From Atractiella rhizophila (taxonomy: Eukaryota): a stretch of 64,000 nucleotides of DNA. The notes beneath the pieces were generated by a model. It saw nothing but the letters and a program-made list of their open reading frames with translations, did no database searches and was not told the origin of the DNA. The translations under genes were made by a program, and so were the position numbers. The stretch lies in the NCBI GenBank assembly GCA_021432655.1, contig MU271266.1, positions 4,288 through 68,287 on the forward strand. The letters are read 5' to 3'. Positions 26,540 to 40,939 of this stretch are shown one piece after another (the stretch's first letter is position 1; each line of letters opens with the position of its first letter).

Positions 26540-28398
26540 ATGGATTCCACATCAGTCTATGTCGCAGCGACTGCTGCTGCCCTTGTGAGTTTCCCGTGCT
26601 CTCTAAATGAGATCGTTGATGCATTCAAAGGCTTCGCATGCCTTCTTTAACAAGAACGAGCCAACGCCAGAGAAATTTCTACAACTGCTCTTGTTGGGCT
26701 GGCTTTCTCTTGCAGCGTTCTTCGCTACCTCCATGCGTCTTAGCATATTTTTCGCTTTGCTTGAGGCGTGCAAGGTCACGATTTTCAATCTCGTTGCTCT
26801 TTCGATCAGTATCTTCTTTTATCGCAATACCTCTCTTCATCCTTTGAGCCAATATCCTGGGCCGATATTAGCCAAGTCGTCCAAATTGTACGAGCTGTAC
26901 TGGCAATCTAAAGGATTGTGGTACCTAAAGGTGCAAGACATGCACAAGCGATACGGAGACATAGTTCGAACAGGTAGAGTCCTCCTCCTATTCCTTTGCT
27001 GGTAATTGATCCTCGTTTAGGCCCAAATGATCTTTCATTTGCCACGCCGGAGACCATGAGCTCTATCCTCCACTCGCGACTGCCGAAAAGCCAAGCCGCC
27101 AGCTCGACTGTCGCCGTCGATTCCCTCCACACCATTCGTAATCCCGACCAACATGCCATCTTGAGAAAGCAATGGAATCCCGGATTCGGGCCGTCTGCGT
27201 TGAAGAACTACGAGCCTATGATCACCCAACGCACTGACCAACTTGTCTCGAAACTAGTGTCCGCGTCTCATGATTCCTCCCGCGACCTCCATTCATTCTT
27301 CTGTGACTTCATTCTGTTTCTTACTTCCGACTTGGCTGGATTTTCAGACTTCGACGACACGTCGGAGGAGGATCTTCAAGGATTCTTCAAGTTCCTCGAA
27401 AACTCCCTCTTCTTTGTTGCCTGCTTCCAACCACTCCCGCATTTTCGATCACTCTTTGAAAGGGTATTTCCAGTTAAGGATCAAGAAAGGCTTTTGGGAA
27501 CTAGTCTCAAGTTGCTACAGAAACGCTTTGAGCGAAAGCTGCATAAAGATATAATTTACTACGTCGTTCGTGCATCATCTTTCCTGACACAGCAACTCCT
27601 TGCTCATGCTTTACTACAGCTTGGACAAGATCCCGGCGAGGTATTAAAGCCAGAAAACCTCTCTACCACCGTCGGCAATGCATTTCTAGTCCTTGGAGCG
27701 GGTACGGACACTACGCTTTCTGTATGTGACTCTTCTCTCTACACTCTGGTCCCGTTAACTCTTGAATAAGACGATGACCTTTCTATTCTATTACCTCCTT
27801 CGAGAACCTCACTACTATCAGAAGCTCCAATCAGACGTTGACATCGTCTACGGCTCAGCAGGAGATTTCCAAACTTTAAACGCAGACCAGCTAGGGACCT
27901 GCCTCTACCTCGAAGCTTGCATCAATGAGGCCCTGCGACTTCAACCTCCTCTTCGCTTGGGTAGTTCAAGAAGCATCCCTGCCGGTGGGTGGATGGTGAA
28001 TGGACACTTTGTGTCAGCTGGAACAGTCGTTAGCTCTCCAGTCTGGACGCTGCATCGTGACGTTCGAATTTGGGGACAAGACGCGGATCTGTTCAGGCCG
28101 GAGCGTTGGCTTGAGCCCAAGGTCCCAAAGCACGCGTGGTTTCCATTTAGTGAAGGAAGGGCGAACTGCATAGGCACGCTCTCCTCCGTGATGCTTGCAC
28201 TAGCGATCGGCTGACTTCTCACGAACAGGCAAGGCGCTGGCTATGATGGAGATGAAGAAAGTTGTCTCTGTTTTAGTCAGGAACTTCGACATGAAGCTCG
28301 ATGACCGTAGTCGCTCATTCGATGATGTTGTTATCGAACACGTAATTAGCAACCCAGGATCACTCTTTGTGAAGATCGAAAAGAGGTCAATAACTTGA
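26540..28398 (+). CDS. Cytochrome P450 monooxygenase
   Basis: First exon MDSTSVYVAATAAAL; HPLSQYPGP, GDIVRTGPNDLS, I-helix AGTDTT, ExxR (EALR), PERW and heme motif PFSEGRANCIG. Confidence 0.93.
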
Positions 28399-28705
28399 AG
28401 GCGAATCTGAGGTCAAACCAGGTCAAACGAAAGCGTCGTAGAAGGGGCAAATATCAGGTCTTGCGATCGGAAATATTGCGATAGTTCTCAAACAAGAATG
28501 AGATGGAGGGTACCAGAGACGATTTCATTACAATTTTTGTTGTTCCTTCATCAATAGGTTATGGTGTACTTGATTCAAGGTTGGGAAACAGGCTTTCAAT
28601 AAACTACTCTCACCAGTCGTGTACGGTAATATTACTATGACAGGTATCAGGACAGGTCAGCGTTAATAAACAGGATTATAAACAGTCAATCTGTATAAAT
28701 ACTTT

Positions 28706-30480
28706 CTAACGACTCTTTTGGGTTGCTCCAACCAAGAAATTGAGAATCTCTCCGACACGACCTAACATGAGAGTTTCTCCATGGGAGCTGCCCATGTCGA
28801 CTTTAAAATGCTTGTCTTTTTTCGCCCCGCAGGCGAGAAGGTATTTCTCTACCCTTGCAGCATCCAGAATTTGATCCTTTTCCGCAAGATATATTCGCGT
28901 AGTAGTCTCGTCCAGTGAGAAATCCTCGATTGGCCATAAAATGTTGGACTCCCAATCAAAATGCCTTTGAAGCGTGTTCGCAATGCCAAGTTCGGCGCCA
29001 ACGAAGTAGCGCATTACGTGTTCGAGTGCGCTAGGGTTGAATTAGAGTCACATACATATCCTCAAAGCGAAACCTACTTCGTTGGCTTCGCATACAGGAA
29101 GTTGTAGCAGACTTCGGGTTCCCACAACAAAAAGCAGACCGGATCGACCAAAATAGATCGTTTGATCAGTTCCGGCACTTTCTTGAAGAGCCAACCATGA
29201 ACGATCTGCCTTCCCTTAGCAAAGCCCTTGATTTGGAAATGAAAACATACCGTCCCATTGCTGTGACTGAGCACCGTCAAACCAGTCACCGCAAATCCGT
29301 GACGCTTGACAATAGCTCTAAGACCTCGCTCCGTCGAATGTTTCGTAGGTGGGTTGAGCCAATCTTTGGCAAAAAGACTCATGCTGATATGAGGCTGTTC
29401 TAGAATGAGAATAGGTCTGTCTGGTATCTGATTTGAAAGTTTCGTGAGCAAATTGGCATATTGAGCTAGTCCCATTCCCAAACCGTGCAAAAACAGTATG
29501 GGAGGAGGAGCAGATGGCGAAAGTTTCCAGCTGGTTGGTATCCGCAGGAGGTAAGTCATCCCTGATTGAGAATCTGTGAAACGCTGGAAGCCTTGCCGAC
29601 GCAATGAGAGATTCGTAAGCACGTTGAACATATGCGTGACAAGGTACACCACGAGAGGGCGAGACTGAACCCTAACGGGATCAAGAGTGAGCCTGACTTC
29701 CTTCACTGAAGGATTGTATCCTTCTGGGATTTTGCAGCCAGCTCGAAGCTCCATGAGGTGGAGGAAATGGTTAAGCAGTGATATTTTGGTCGGGAACCGG
29801 ATTTTGCTGAACTGGGTAAGGGATGGAGAGAGCAGCGAAGGAGACGGTAAGGAGTTAAAGACAAAACTGGCGTTTCTTGGAGTAGGGGAAGGAGAGGGGC
29901 TTGGTGAAGGAGAGGGCGAAGGTGAGATTGAACGAGGCAGGATTTCACGAGGCAAAGCACCGGAATCATCGGAGTCGATTAGGACCTCTTCAAGGGTAAG
30001 TCCAAAACAAGCCCAGCTGAGCCAACGGAGGACGTTATCCCGCTTCAAAGATTCAAACGGAGCTGTAAATTTAAATTATGATCATGAGCAACGGCAGATA
30101 ATTAATTACTAACCCTTGTGAAACCACTTCGCCTGCATCTTCCTGAAATCTAGAGCCCTGGGATCGTCGTAAGCCAATCCCGTTTCTTGCCAGTCCTCGC
30201 CATCCATGCCGTTGCTCAGACTCTTGTCAAAGACATCGAGCAGAAAATCTTGAGCATATTTCGGTGCGTTGCGCCGCTTTTGTACACGAATAATTAGATA
30301 GCGGTAGTAAATAGAGAAGAGACATTCGGGTATGGTGAAGGCGAGGAGGACAAAACTAGGAAGTCGATATGGAGATTTCTCTGATAAGACAAGGAGAGAA
30401 AGAAGGTATATCCATGATATTGGAGTGATTGACCACAAAACATTGGTGGTCACAATTGCGAGAACGTATCCCGGCGTCAT
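28706..30480 (-). CDS. Membrane-anchored alpha/beta-hydrolase-fold protein
   Basis: N-terminal hydrophobic segments, PILFLHGLGMG, nucleophile-elbow-like SHSNGT, LVDPVCF, YNFLY and HGE. Confidence 0.8.
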
Positions 30481-31089
30481 TTGGGCTGCTCTATGTAAGA
30501 GGGAGGTCAAAATCATGCAGAAAACTCCAACTCTGTGCAACAATCGATGTAGGGCAGGTTAGAGGGATCTTTGACCTCTACAAAGGCTCTCTACCGTGAG
30601 ACGCGACGGCTCAAGCGTCTATATATGTCTATAAAGGAACGACTGAAAACGAGGAAGTGACACGTGATATCCGAGTCCACGTTTTGCGACCGCCATAATA
30701 AGGTTCCCAGGAGATTCTGGAGAAGATTCTACGCCCGCAGGGACCCTGTGTCTTTGTGACAGCTATTCGACAGCATATCAGTTCTTGCGATTTGAGCAGC
30801 ATTTCTCGTGGTTTTCAGCGTTCGGAAGACAGGCGCAGGTGGGCGCGTGCTTGGATTACGAAGAAACGAAAACTTAAACGTGATTGCAAGGTGAGTTGTC
30901 CAGGTTCGGACGATTGGGATTTTGGCAGACGGTTTGAGCCGTGCGTTGGTTCCTACGTCGCTCACAGTAGACGTGGAACATATTACATTCGTTGAGGGTA
31001 TATTTGTTGCCAAGCTCCCACCGCAGTAGCATCACAGTCGACGTTTCTCGCTCACACGTTCTATGTATATAGAGCCTTTCCAGGTCATC

Positions 31090-34000
31090 ATGGAGCCACC
31101 GTCTACGTCCTACATGTATCAACCATCCTCGTCCTCATCTCCTCTTTTCCCGCCCAGAGTCCCATTCCAATCCTTCTCGCAACCTACCTCACCTTCCTTT
31201 CCATCCCCATCCATCCGAGCTGCACCTGGCATGTCCGCACCCACAAATCAACCTCCAGAAATTTCATCTGCACGCACCCTAGCCATTGCACGACTCAAGC
31301 GAGCGGCATCCTTGCGGGAGCTCAAAGATCGCGCAGGTTCGCCGGAGCCTCCAACAGCAGTGGCAGCTGCTCCGTCTCTCCCCACTTCGCCAGCCGTGAA
31401 CCTTTCAGCAATCGCGTCTGGAGCTGCCGAGCGCAAAGGCGCGAACTTGCAGAGATCTGCTTCGGCGGTAGCGAGACAATTGGCTATGGCAAAACTTACA
31501 GGTCAAGCGCCACAGGCTCCTCGAGCGCCAGAAGGATTTGAGCCTTCAGCCCTTTGGCTTAGATTTGGGAAACGAAATGGGCGGGAGCTGGATCGTGATG
31601 ATGACGATGACGCGGACGAGGAAGAAGAGGTCTTGGAATCTGTCCAGCAGGAACAAGAAGAAGGAGAGGTAGAGCAGAGGCAAGAAGCAAGAACTGAGCT
31701 CATGCGGAAGTTGAGCAAGAGGCAATTTCAAGTCGGAGCTCCAGCTAGCATGACGGGTACTGAGCCCGTTGAAGAAGTGAAAACAAAGGTGGATAGAGAA
31801 GCACGTCGGCACAGGCGATTCGGAAGCGATTTTTCAATGACCACTGTCCCAGGGTTATCGTCAACCCGCACAAGTCGATTAGAGTCTTCAAGGGAGCGCG
31901 GAGACGACAATGAAGGGGTAAGATTAGAGGAGGAGGAGGAGGAAGGGTCAGACCCTATTGAAGACGAGCCAGCCACGGTCCTGAAGGCGGAACGAAGAGC
32001 AAGTCGACGTCGCAGCAGAAGCATGCCAATCGTCTGGAATAGCAGTGGGACGGAGTTCAGCGATGTGGAGATCCTCCCTTTACAGCTCAAGAACTCGCCT
32101 AATCGGGAACAAGAACCAAAATTTCCGGACCAACGACCGTTAGGTTCAGAAGCTGAGGCTAGTCCGCCTATAGTGTCGCATCCCTCTGAAGAAGAAGACG
32201 AAGAGGACGATTTGGACACCAATGCTCCAAGATCATTTGTCCTGCCTTCATCGCTCAAGATCCCGTCTATCATGTTCTCACCGCTAACGCCAACATATTC
32301 CTGGTCAATCGACGCTCGCTCTTCCACAAACTCCTCTAACCCGTCCGTTCCGTCTGTGGATCGTAACAGCAGATTCTCCTATCAGTCTCAGAGCACTGCG
32401 CCAGACCGTGCTAACGCTTTCGAGTACGACCAAGAGCAAGAATTTTTTCTGCCGGCCCCTCCAATCGTTGAAGCACAGATTACAACATCTCCTTCAGGAC
32501 ACGGTCAGAGTTTGCCCATCATGTTGGGTGTGCAAGATGAAGAAGGAAATAATCCCAATCCACTCTTACCTAACAGCGGCCTTCGGAGTCCGCGACCAGA
32601 TATTCTAGGCAATGGATGGGCACAGAACGCAGTGGCTAGAGAAAGTTTTCCAGCTTCAGTGACGACAACTGGAGATGTTGGGGAGGATGAGGAAGAGTTG
32701 GAGCGGTTAGTGGGAGTGCGAGAAGTGGATGAGCGGGAGGATCAGCATGCGAAGTCTGAGAAGAACCCAGAGGCAGAGAATATGTTGATGGATGGTTGGA
32801 TGATGAGAGATCAGTTGAATGGCGACCGTGAAGAGTTCGTTGAGAGCGACGACGAAGAGGATGATGATGAAATTCCAAACGCGGCTAGCGCGACTCCTCG
32901 AGCCACCCAATTTCTTGTAAGCTCACTTATCCCGACTCCAATGCTCGTATTTATTAATGGAGAAATAGGACAACGCCGCTTTCGCTGCAGCTCGCAACAC
33001 TCCACGGGGTACATCCCAAAGTCCCCCAAACCACAATCGAACCATCCTCTCGCACTTCTCCTCCGAGTCTCTTAAGCCATCTCTATCTGCTTCGAACCAT
33101 TACAAGTCTGATTCAGTCGAGACGACCACTTCTCGTTCCGCAACCTCCGTCTCATCCTCCATCCCATTCGCCTCCTCGTCATCGCTTTCGCACAGCACCG
33201 CTGCAAGTTCCCTCTCGCATCAACGTTCAGCAAGCGACGTCGGAAGCAAGAAATTTGTTCACGACACGGCCATTGCCCGCCCAAGCGTGCATGTGCTGTT
33301 GGAGAAAGAGGGAAAGAAAAAATGGTTTAATGGCAAGCGGCTGCTGTCCATCACATCCAGAATGTCGTCCAATACACCTCCTAAAGAAAACGGACAGCCT
33401 CCGGTCGGAAGATATCGAAAAGCTGCGATGGAACGAGAGAAGGAGAAGGACGCTGGCGCTAGCAGACCTCTTTCGCCCGGCGGAAGGATTGGGAATCTCT
33501 TGAAGTTGAAGCGCACCCCTTCGGAGGCGTCAAGATCGCATTCCTCCCTCGGTTCAACGGTCGATGGAGATCTTAGATCCCCTGTTGGCAGCATGATCGG
33601 GCCGCCATCAGCTCCTCGTTCACCCCTCCCGTCAGACCCTGAGTCAAAGACGGAGATGTTGCAGAAGCTTGACCACATCCTGGCGTCGTCAGAGCAAGAT
33701 GTAACCCAAAAGGCTTCTATTCTCGACAATCCTCCCAGAAAATTCCTCTCCCATGGCCCTGTCATGCAGGTAGCGGGGCACAGCACGGCAAAGCAGCGTC
33801 ACTACTTTATCTTTAGTGACATATTAGTCTGCTGCAAGCCGATTAAATGGTCAAACGAGGGAGAGTCATCAGGGGATGCATTAGACAAGACTTTCATCGT
33901 CAAAAACATATTCGAGCTGGACAAGATTCGCATTCTCCCCAACCTAGAATCGAACGTTGTCGATCCCCTTTTAAACATTGACAAGGCGTTTCTCGAAGCA

Positions 34001-35370
34001 TTTGTACAAGACTTTAATCGCGATCCACGTGCCGCCGTCACAGACTTGATCACCCGTGGAGGGATAGAAGATTCTGCCCTTGCGCTTTCAAAGCTTCTGC
34101 ACGCACTTCCTCGACTCAACAATGCCAAGTTAGGCTCGTACCTATCTGATCCGGCTCTTGATCCTGTCCTGCGCTCTTTCATTGATCAATTCGCGTTCAC
34201 TGGAGTGAGCCTCGATGACGCTTTGAGAACATTTATCCTCAAAGTATCGCTGCCGGGAGGGGTAACGAAGATTGAATACCTTCTCAAGGTTTTTGTCGAA
34301 GAGTGGTTGAAGGCAAACAAGTCAATTGCCGGGTGCGAGAAATTTACAGTGGACGCCGTTTTTCGTTTGATTATAGCGACGATGAGATTGAACGACGCCT
34401 TATACTACGACCCAACGAAGCCGACAGATTCAAGAGGTGCGGCTCAAGGGTTTTTTGGTTTCTCGAGCAGCTCTCTATCGCTACAAGAATTCAGTAACGC
34501 TTTCCGCGTTCACGATGAAGGCAAGACAATCCCCCAAGATCTCATCACCGCAATCTATCGTTCCATCGCAGAAGAACCCCTTCAGCTCCCCTTGACAAAT
34601 CCAGACGATCAACGTGGTGGTAACGCTGCACTTCTTCCTCGAATTACCCTTGACGAAACCTCTGAGTACATGTCTATCTCAATTCCGCAACCCGATCCCC
34701 ATTTCAAGATTCAACTCTACGGTGAGGGCCTGGAATTTTATCCTTCTGTTCTAGAATTCGGACGTTCTGGCAAGCAGTCGTTCCGAATTCGTGGAAGGGC
34801 GATTGGGAAAAAGACTGTTTGCATCCTGAAGCTTGGCTCTGGAGCGAAATTCTATGGTCAGATACCTTCAACTGTTCGGATTGACGTGAGCAGATCTTTC
34901 ATGGAACACACGCTTCTTTTTGGTCATGCCAGTTCCGATGGCATTACCAAGAAGTATCTTTTCAGCTTTCGAGACCTTTTCTCGAGAAACGCCTTCTTTC
35001 AAACACTCAAGGGTCAAATAGAAGAGCGTTCCTTGCACAACATTGGTGTGGAAACACAGGCTGAAGATGGGATCGCTGTGCGTTGGCTAAAAGCAGCTTC
35101 GTGGCGTAAGGACTGACCTAGTGTTTACAGATGGATGTACTTCGCGATGCTCTCATTCCAGTTAGTAGCGCGAACGGCTCTCCCGAACCGCCTCGAATAA
35201 ACAAGACCCTTTCTCAACAGTTTTGCCCTCCTTCTGATCCTTCGGGCATACGGACAGGTCATGATCTCGTCATGACTTGCGAGCAAAACTCTCTGCTTCC
35301 CTTAGTTTTGATGTTTCTGAATTCTGGGTTACCAGGTGAGGGACATATTTTCTCTGTTTATGGGTACTGA
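31090..35370 (+). CDS. Sec7-domain ARF guanine-nucleotide exchange factor with PH-like domain and long disordered N-terminus
   Basis: RHYFIFSDILVCCKP (PH-like), LGSYLS...LRSFIDQFAFTGVSLDDALRTF, LNDALY and IYRSIAEEPL. The start could alternatively be 31063. Confidence 0.8.
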
Positions 35371-35902
35371 TATGCTAGGCAGTTTCATAAATGCGGATTG
35401 TACAGAAATAGTCGTTATTTTGGAAGATTGCAAAGTTTAACCTCTTTGTTAGTTCCGTTCGGTGCATTACTTCCGTTCTAGTGGACTTGGATATCTTGGC
35501 GCTTTATCATTTCATTTGACATTAACAAAAAGGACAGACGTTTCCATCTCAACGAGTTAGCGGGTGACAACTACCCCGATATTGATTAGGTTACAATTCT
35601 CTTAGCCTTTTTCTCCATCATTTATTTTGATCGATTCTGTTGCATCATTACTGTACTCCCAATCAACGCGCTTTCGGTTCATAAGTCTGTTTTTATAGAC
35701 ATTTTATAATTGCTAATCCATCTGTTTCTTCGAGTCAATGTGTTTTCGACACAGGTTGAAGTGGGAAAGGGATGCAGAAAAAATCGGAATACAACCATAC
35801 AGCTTAGCTTGCCGTTCTTTCAACTAGGGGAGGTAGGATCTTGTTATCGTCACACAAAGCAATGCAATTCGGACAAGCCGTTTGCTTTAGTTTGAGCATT
35901 AA

Positions 35903-37096
35903 TCAATGCACTTTTGGTGCGTTCAAATCACCTTCATCAGCCCATTTACCCGTAAAGGGATGAGGATAATGGAATGGAATGACATGGGTATCTTTCCCAT
36001 CGACGCCCAATTTCAGCATATTCACCCTGCGAGGAAGAAAGAACCAACCAGGCCAGAACCATTGCCCGTTTTTGTCATTCACCAGGATATCTGGGCCTCT
36101 CGGATCTTCAGGGTAAAGCTTCTGATATGGCGGGAAAGCGTGAAAAGGAGCGCGACCCCAGCCTTGGTCATAGGAGCCTGTTCAAGCAAGTGTCAAACTC
36201 AGAGCACGATACGAGAGTAGGATCCACATTGCCAAACTGGTCGATAGTTTAACACTTTGATCTTCCACTTCCCATCGCTCCCTATCACGATACACTTTCA
36301 GTATTTAGTAATGAATTGTGGTCCAGGTAGCATACCCTTAGAATATGTGTTCTCGTATACTCCGGACTCCCAGAAAGGATCAGGGATCGTATCTCCCGGT
36401 GCAGTGTCGGCAGGATAAGTTTTGGTTTTCGCTACTGACTCGTGGAGTCCTGGCTCTTCTCTGAGAAACTCAATTGGCGAGACAGTTCATCCACGACTGA
36501 CCTCCTTGCATCAATGCTCGTGCTCGCTCTTTGGCACTTTTTCCATCTGGAGAAATTGTGATGACCTCCTACGGTTGACTTAGAGGGCAAGGGTACAGTG
36601 AAGAAACTGGCAGACGTACTTGAAGCATCATGTGGTCAAGCAGCAACCCATGGGCAGGCCCATTCCTGTGCGAATGTTAGCGTGGAGATGGAGCGGGCTG
36701 ATGGTGAGGACACACCTTCCACCAACGAACAGCTTCCCAAACCATGTTTGGTACAGGCGACTCACGCCCTCCTTCCCTTTATAGATGCCACCGTGAAAGT
36801 GCTTGTGATGGTTGAGCATCAGTAAAAACACTATAAAGGGAAGGATGGATAGTTGTAAATGCTCACAACTGCACAATCCTCCTCGAAAAGCTCAATGGCT
36901 TCGTTGTAAAGGCACTTATCAATATAATAGCCTATCAACACAGCACTTAAAGAATATCCCCTAAATGGATAGGAACGCAAAAAACCACACCGTAAATATA
37001 ATGGAGCCGTCGAATGGCTGCTTCATCTTCCACAACAGTCAGCCGTTTCGCGAGTTCTTGAACCTGCGCTCTCAACTCTTCAACCTCGGTGGCCAT
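35903..37096 (-). CDS. SnoaL-like (NTF2-fold) protein, about 250 aa, 9 exons
   Basis: Hand-spliced through 8 GT-AG introns: MATEVEELRAQVQELAKRLTVVEDEAAIRRLHYIYGYYIDKCLY...HFHGGIYKGKEGV...RNGPAHGLLLDHMMLQEVITISPDGKSAK...FWESGVYENTY...GKWKIKVLNYRPVW...FWPDTHVIPFHYPHPFTGK. Confidence 0.88.
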
Positions 37097-37649
37097 GTTA
37101 AATTACCATTCTGAGACTCCCACGTCTCTTCGCAATGTTATTTATATGTACTTTCATAGAGAGCAGTGACACTCTGGATTTGCGGGGCGGAACAAAGCAA
37201 TAGGCTTGTCAGTGTCCAACAATTTCATGAAGTAGAAGTATGCTGACTACGAAACGCATTGGCGAGCACATTAATCTGACAGCGGGAGGGCCAAAGTATC
37301 CTCCAAACTGAAGCTTTAAAGGAAACAATCCTAACTCGAACAAATGGCAAGCAAAGTTCTGCGAAGTCAGGTATGTGTAAACTGTCCTAAGTTAAAAATG
37401 GAATATCCGAGCATCAGAACCTGATCAGAATCAGGAAGGCACCGAGAGAAATTGTAGTCTACATAATTGTCTCATGCACACGGGCAGAGAAGGAACAACA
37501 TGTTTTAGACTTTTTTGAAGAGTACAAACAAGTACCAATGCTGAAATCAAATAAAGCAAAACTGCCCGAAGGTTAATGCTCAGATTCAGACTCACAAGAA
37601 CTGGACACAGAACACTTCCAGCCTCTTTGGGTTCTAGGGGTCTGCTATA

Positions 37650-40600
37650 ATGGCGAGAGATGGTTACGTCCGTGTCCCCACCGACGCGTCTTATCCACCT
37701 CCACCGGCTCCCCCTGCAGTTTCCACCGAGCGCACAATTGCGGACGTTATCTATCCACCCGGTTTTGCAGAACGGCTGGATGCAGGTGTGGCCGATTCTG
37801 ATATCTCAGAGGACGAGTTTGAGGAGAGGGAGCTGCTCTCGAAGGAAAAGCTTTATGATGATTTGAACTCGAGCGCCGAGGAATGGCCTCAGAGACGGCG
37901 CAGGGTACGTTCTTCAGTGCTTTCAGACGCCGGTCGGTTGAGAGGCCGTCTCTTTTTGCTGCAGAGCACGAGAAGGAGGATATTCTTCCCCGTTCTGTTG
38001 GCCACGCTCGCGCTCGGCAGCTTCATTCTCATTCTCGTGTTGTCGAATTCGCACCTCGTAGCGACAAATCCGAACCTGTTTGTGGAGCACCTTAAGAAGG
38101 TTGAAATTGATCATATTTTCAATGGAACCTTTCGTGCAAAGAGCATGAGTATAGATTGGTTGAAAGAAGGTACAGTCAGCTCCTTTTCCACGACATGAAC
38201 AAGAAACTCAGTAGTGGTCGCGGTAAAGGTCCAGACGGCACTTTTTCTTACCTCGACGATAATCGTAATATCGTCATGGAACATGTTGAGACCGGCAAGA
38301 AAGAGGTTCTCGTCAACTTTGAGGACGTAAAAGATGTACGTACGTTATCTTTATCCACTACACCTCGCCGACGAGGTACCCTATTATAGAAGCAGGGTGA
38401 GCAGCTCCATTTCGCCAGCTACCGCGTTTCGTCGGACTTGAAGTCTGTCATCTTTGCCGCCAACACTCAGAAGGTAAAGTCCCAAACTAGATGGGAACCA
38501 ATTGCTGAAGGACGAGCAGCAATGGCGGTATTCGTCCCATTCCAATTTCTACGTGCACGAAATTTCCTCATCCATCACTTCCGAGCTACATGAACCGTCA
38601 TACCCTCCTAAAACATCGATCGCGGTTTGGGCACCTGTTGGGAACACCATCGCATATGTGCATTCGAACGACGTCTATCTTTCGCTCCCCTCCCGCAGAC
38701 CTCTGCAATTGACTACGAGCGGCTCAACCACAATGTTCAACGGCATTCCTGACTGGGTGATGGAGGAGGAGAATCTCGGGTCTGACACAGCGCTTTACTG
38801 GTCTCCTCAAGGAGATAAACTGATTTGGCTTTCCTTCGAGGAGTCGAAAGTGCCCGAATTCTGCTTTCCCATCTACAACAAGAATCCGTACCTTCCGGGA
38901 GGAGAACCGTACACCGAAGATTATTGTCTCAAGTACCCTAAACCTGGATATGATAATCCCGTCATAACGATTCATATGTTCGATCTCTCAAACAGTACGA
39001 GTGAGTCCGAGTTGAGGCAGGAGGATGTGGAAGGGAGGGTTTGGGAGTTGGCTTTTCCGGATGATGGGGAGGGAGAGTTTGGGAACGATGCTATCGTGGT
39101 CGACGTTGTTTGGGTGGGCCAAGAAGAGGTGGTGATCAAGCAAACGAATAGGATCCAGACTAAGTTCAGAGTCGCTTATTTCGACATGAAGGATCCGAAG
39201 GTGGACGGACGACGACTATTGGGATGGGTTACGAGGTACATGGACTTTGAGAAGATTGATGGGGGTTGGGTAGAACCTGTAAGCATTTTTAAATCTGGTT
39301 TAAGAGGGACTAAGTGTGTATAGGGTCAATTCATTCATCCTCTTCCGGCATCAGACATGGCTCCTCCAGGATACCTCGAAGTGCTACCAGACCGAGATGG
39401 ATACAATCACATTGCCTTCTTCTCTCCTTTTTACGCTTCTCAACCCATCTTTATCACGCATGGTCCTTGGGAAGTGGCGGACACAATCAAAGCTATCGAC
39501 GTGGACAAAGGCGTCGTGTTCGTTTTCGCTGTCTCCCTCCAAAACTGGTTAGTCAATTAGAGAAACAGGTACTTTATGGCTGCAACTCCTGCGAGCGAAC
39601 GCCATCTTTACTCCGCCCCTCTTCCGAACAAGATTACGTTTCCAATGTTGCAGGAAGGCAGGCCACCCGTAGCTCCTACTCGACTGACGGCTGAAAGTGA
39701 AGGCACGAATTCTTATTACGTCAGGCAAGAATGAAGCTCACTTTTTGCAGGTTACTATTCCACTTCATTTTCTCCACAAGCTGGATATTACGTTCTCAAC
39801 TACCTTGGCCCTTCAATCCCTCATCAAAGCATTGTCAAGACGGGATACGAGGAATTCACCAAAGTTCTGGAGGATAATCAAGAGCTATATAACACCACGC
39901 TCCAATTCCCACAGCCTGAAATCGTCCGTGGAACCGTCACGATCGACGGAAACACTTTCGAGACAGCAGAGATGCGACCGCCTCATTTTGACGACACAGG
40001 TAGGACGAAGTACCCTGTGTTGTTTGAAGTATATGGTGGGCCTGCGTCGCAGGTATGCCATCAGTTACGGCTGCAGTGGGAGAAACTAATATCGAAATTA
40101 TTGGGGACAGAAAACTGGAACGCTCTTCCAAAGAGACTGGCATTACTTTCTAAGCGCTAGTATGAACTATGTCATCGTTCGCGTTGACGGAAGGGGAACT
40201 GGCTACCGCGGACGCCGATGGCGGACAGTGACGAAGAACAATCTTGGGGAGTTAGAGGCGAAAGATGTCGTAGACGTGGCGCGCTCGTTCGCTGAAAGGG
40301 ATTACATTGACAGTGCGAGAGTCGGTGTGTGGGGTTGGGTACAATATTCTATCCTATAACCCAGAAAGATTGGCTAATGCAGCTTCTAGAGTTATGGTGG
40401 ATACTTGACGAGTAAAATCATCGAGACTAACTCTTCAGTCTTCTCCCTTGCGATGATAGTTGCTCCAGTCACCGATTGGCGCTATTATGACTCCGTTTGT
40501 TCGTCTCTCCTTCTGCTCCTGGATACTTGGGGTTAAACAGGCCACAGATACTGAGCGGTACATGTCAACACCAGAACTTAACCCCGAAGGCTATGAAAAG

Positions 40601-40939
40601 GCTGCTGTCGTGAACATGGATGGAGTATGACTTTATATTTGTCAATGATGCTGGAGAATACGCTAACTCCTTGTTTAGTTCAAACAGCTCGACTTCGTTC
40701 TTGCTCATGGCACCGGCGACGATAACGTACATTTTCAGAACTCGGCTGTTCTCTTGGATCGGCTCACCATGGCAGGCGTTGACAACTTCAGATTCAGAGC
40801 TTTCACAGACTCTAATCACGGAATGAACATGCGACAAGGTTACGTAGGACTCATGCATTATCTTACAACTTTCCTGAACGAGAAATGGGGACTTGGCAAA
40901 CCGGCGAAGAAGATTGAAGACCATCCAAATCGTGAATAA
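37650..40939 (+). CDS. Dipeptidyl aminopeptidase (S9B; DPP-IV/Ste13/Dap2-like), type II membrane protein
   Basis: Acidic cytosolic N-terminus plus [58 protein letters not shown] and FTDSNH. Confidence 0.93.

Noticed and set aside
29881..29930. (Ser-Pro)n-coding repeat, and the poly-Gln run in PEX7
   Set aside because: Ordinary low-complexity coding sequence.
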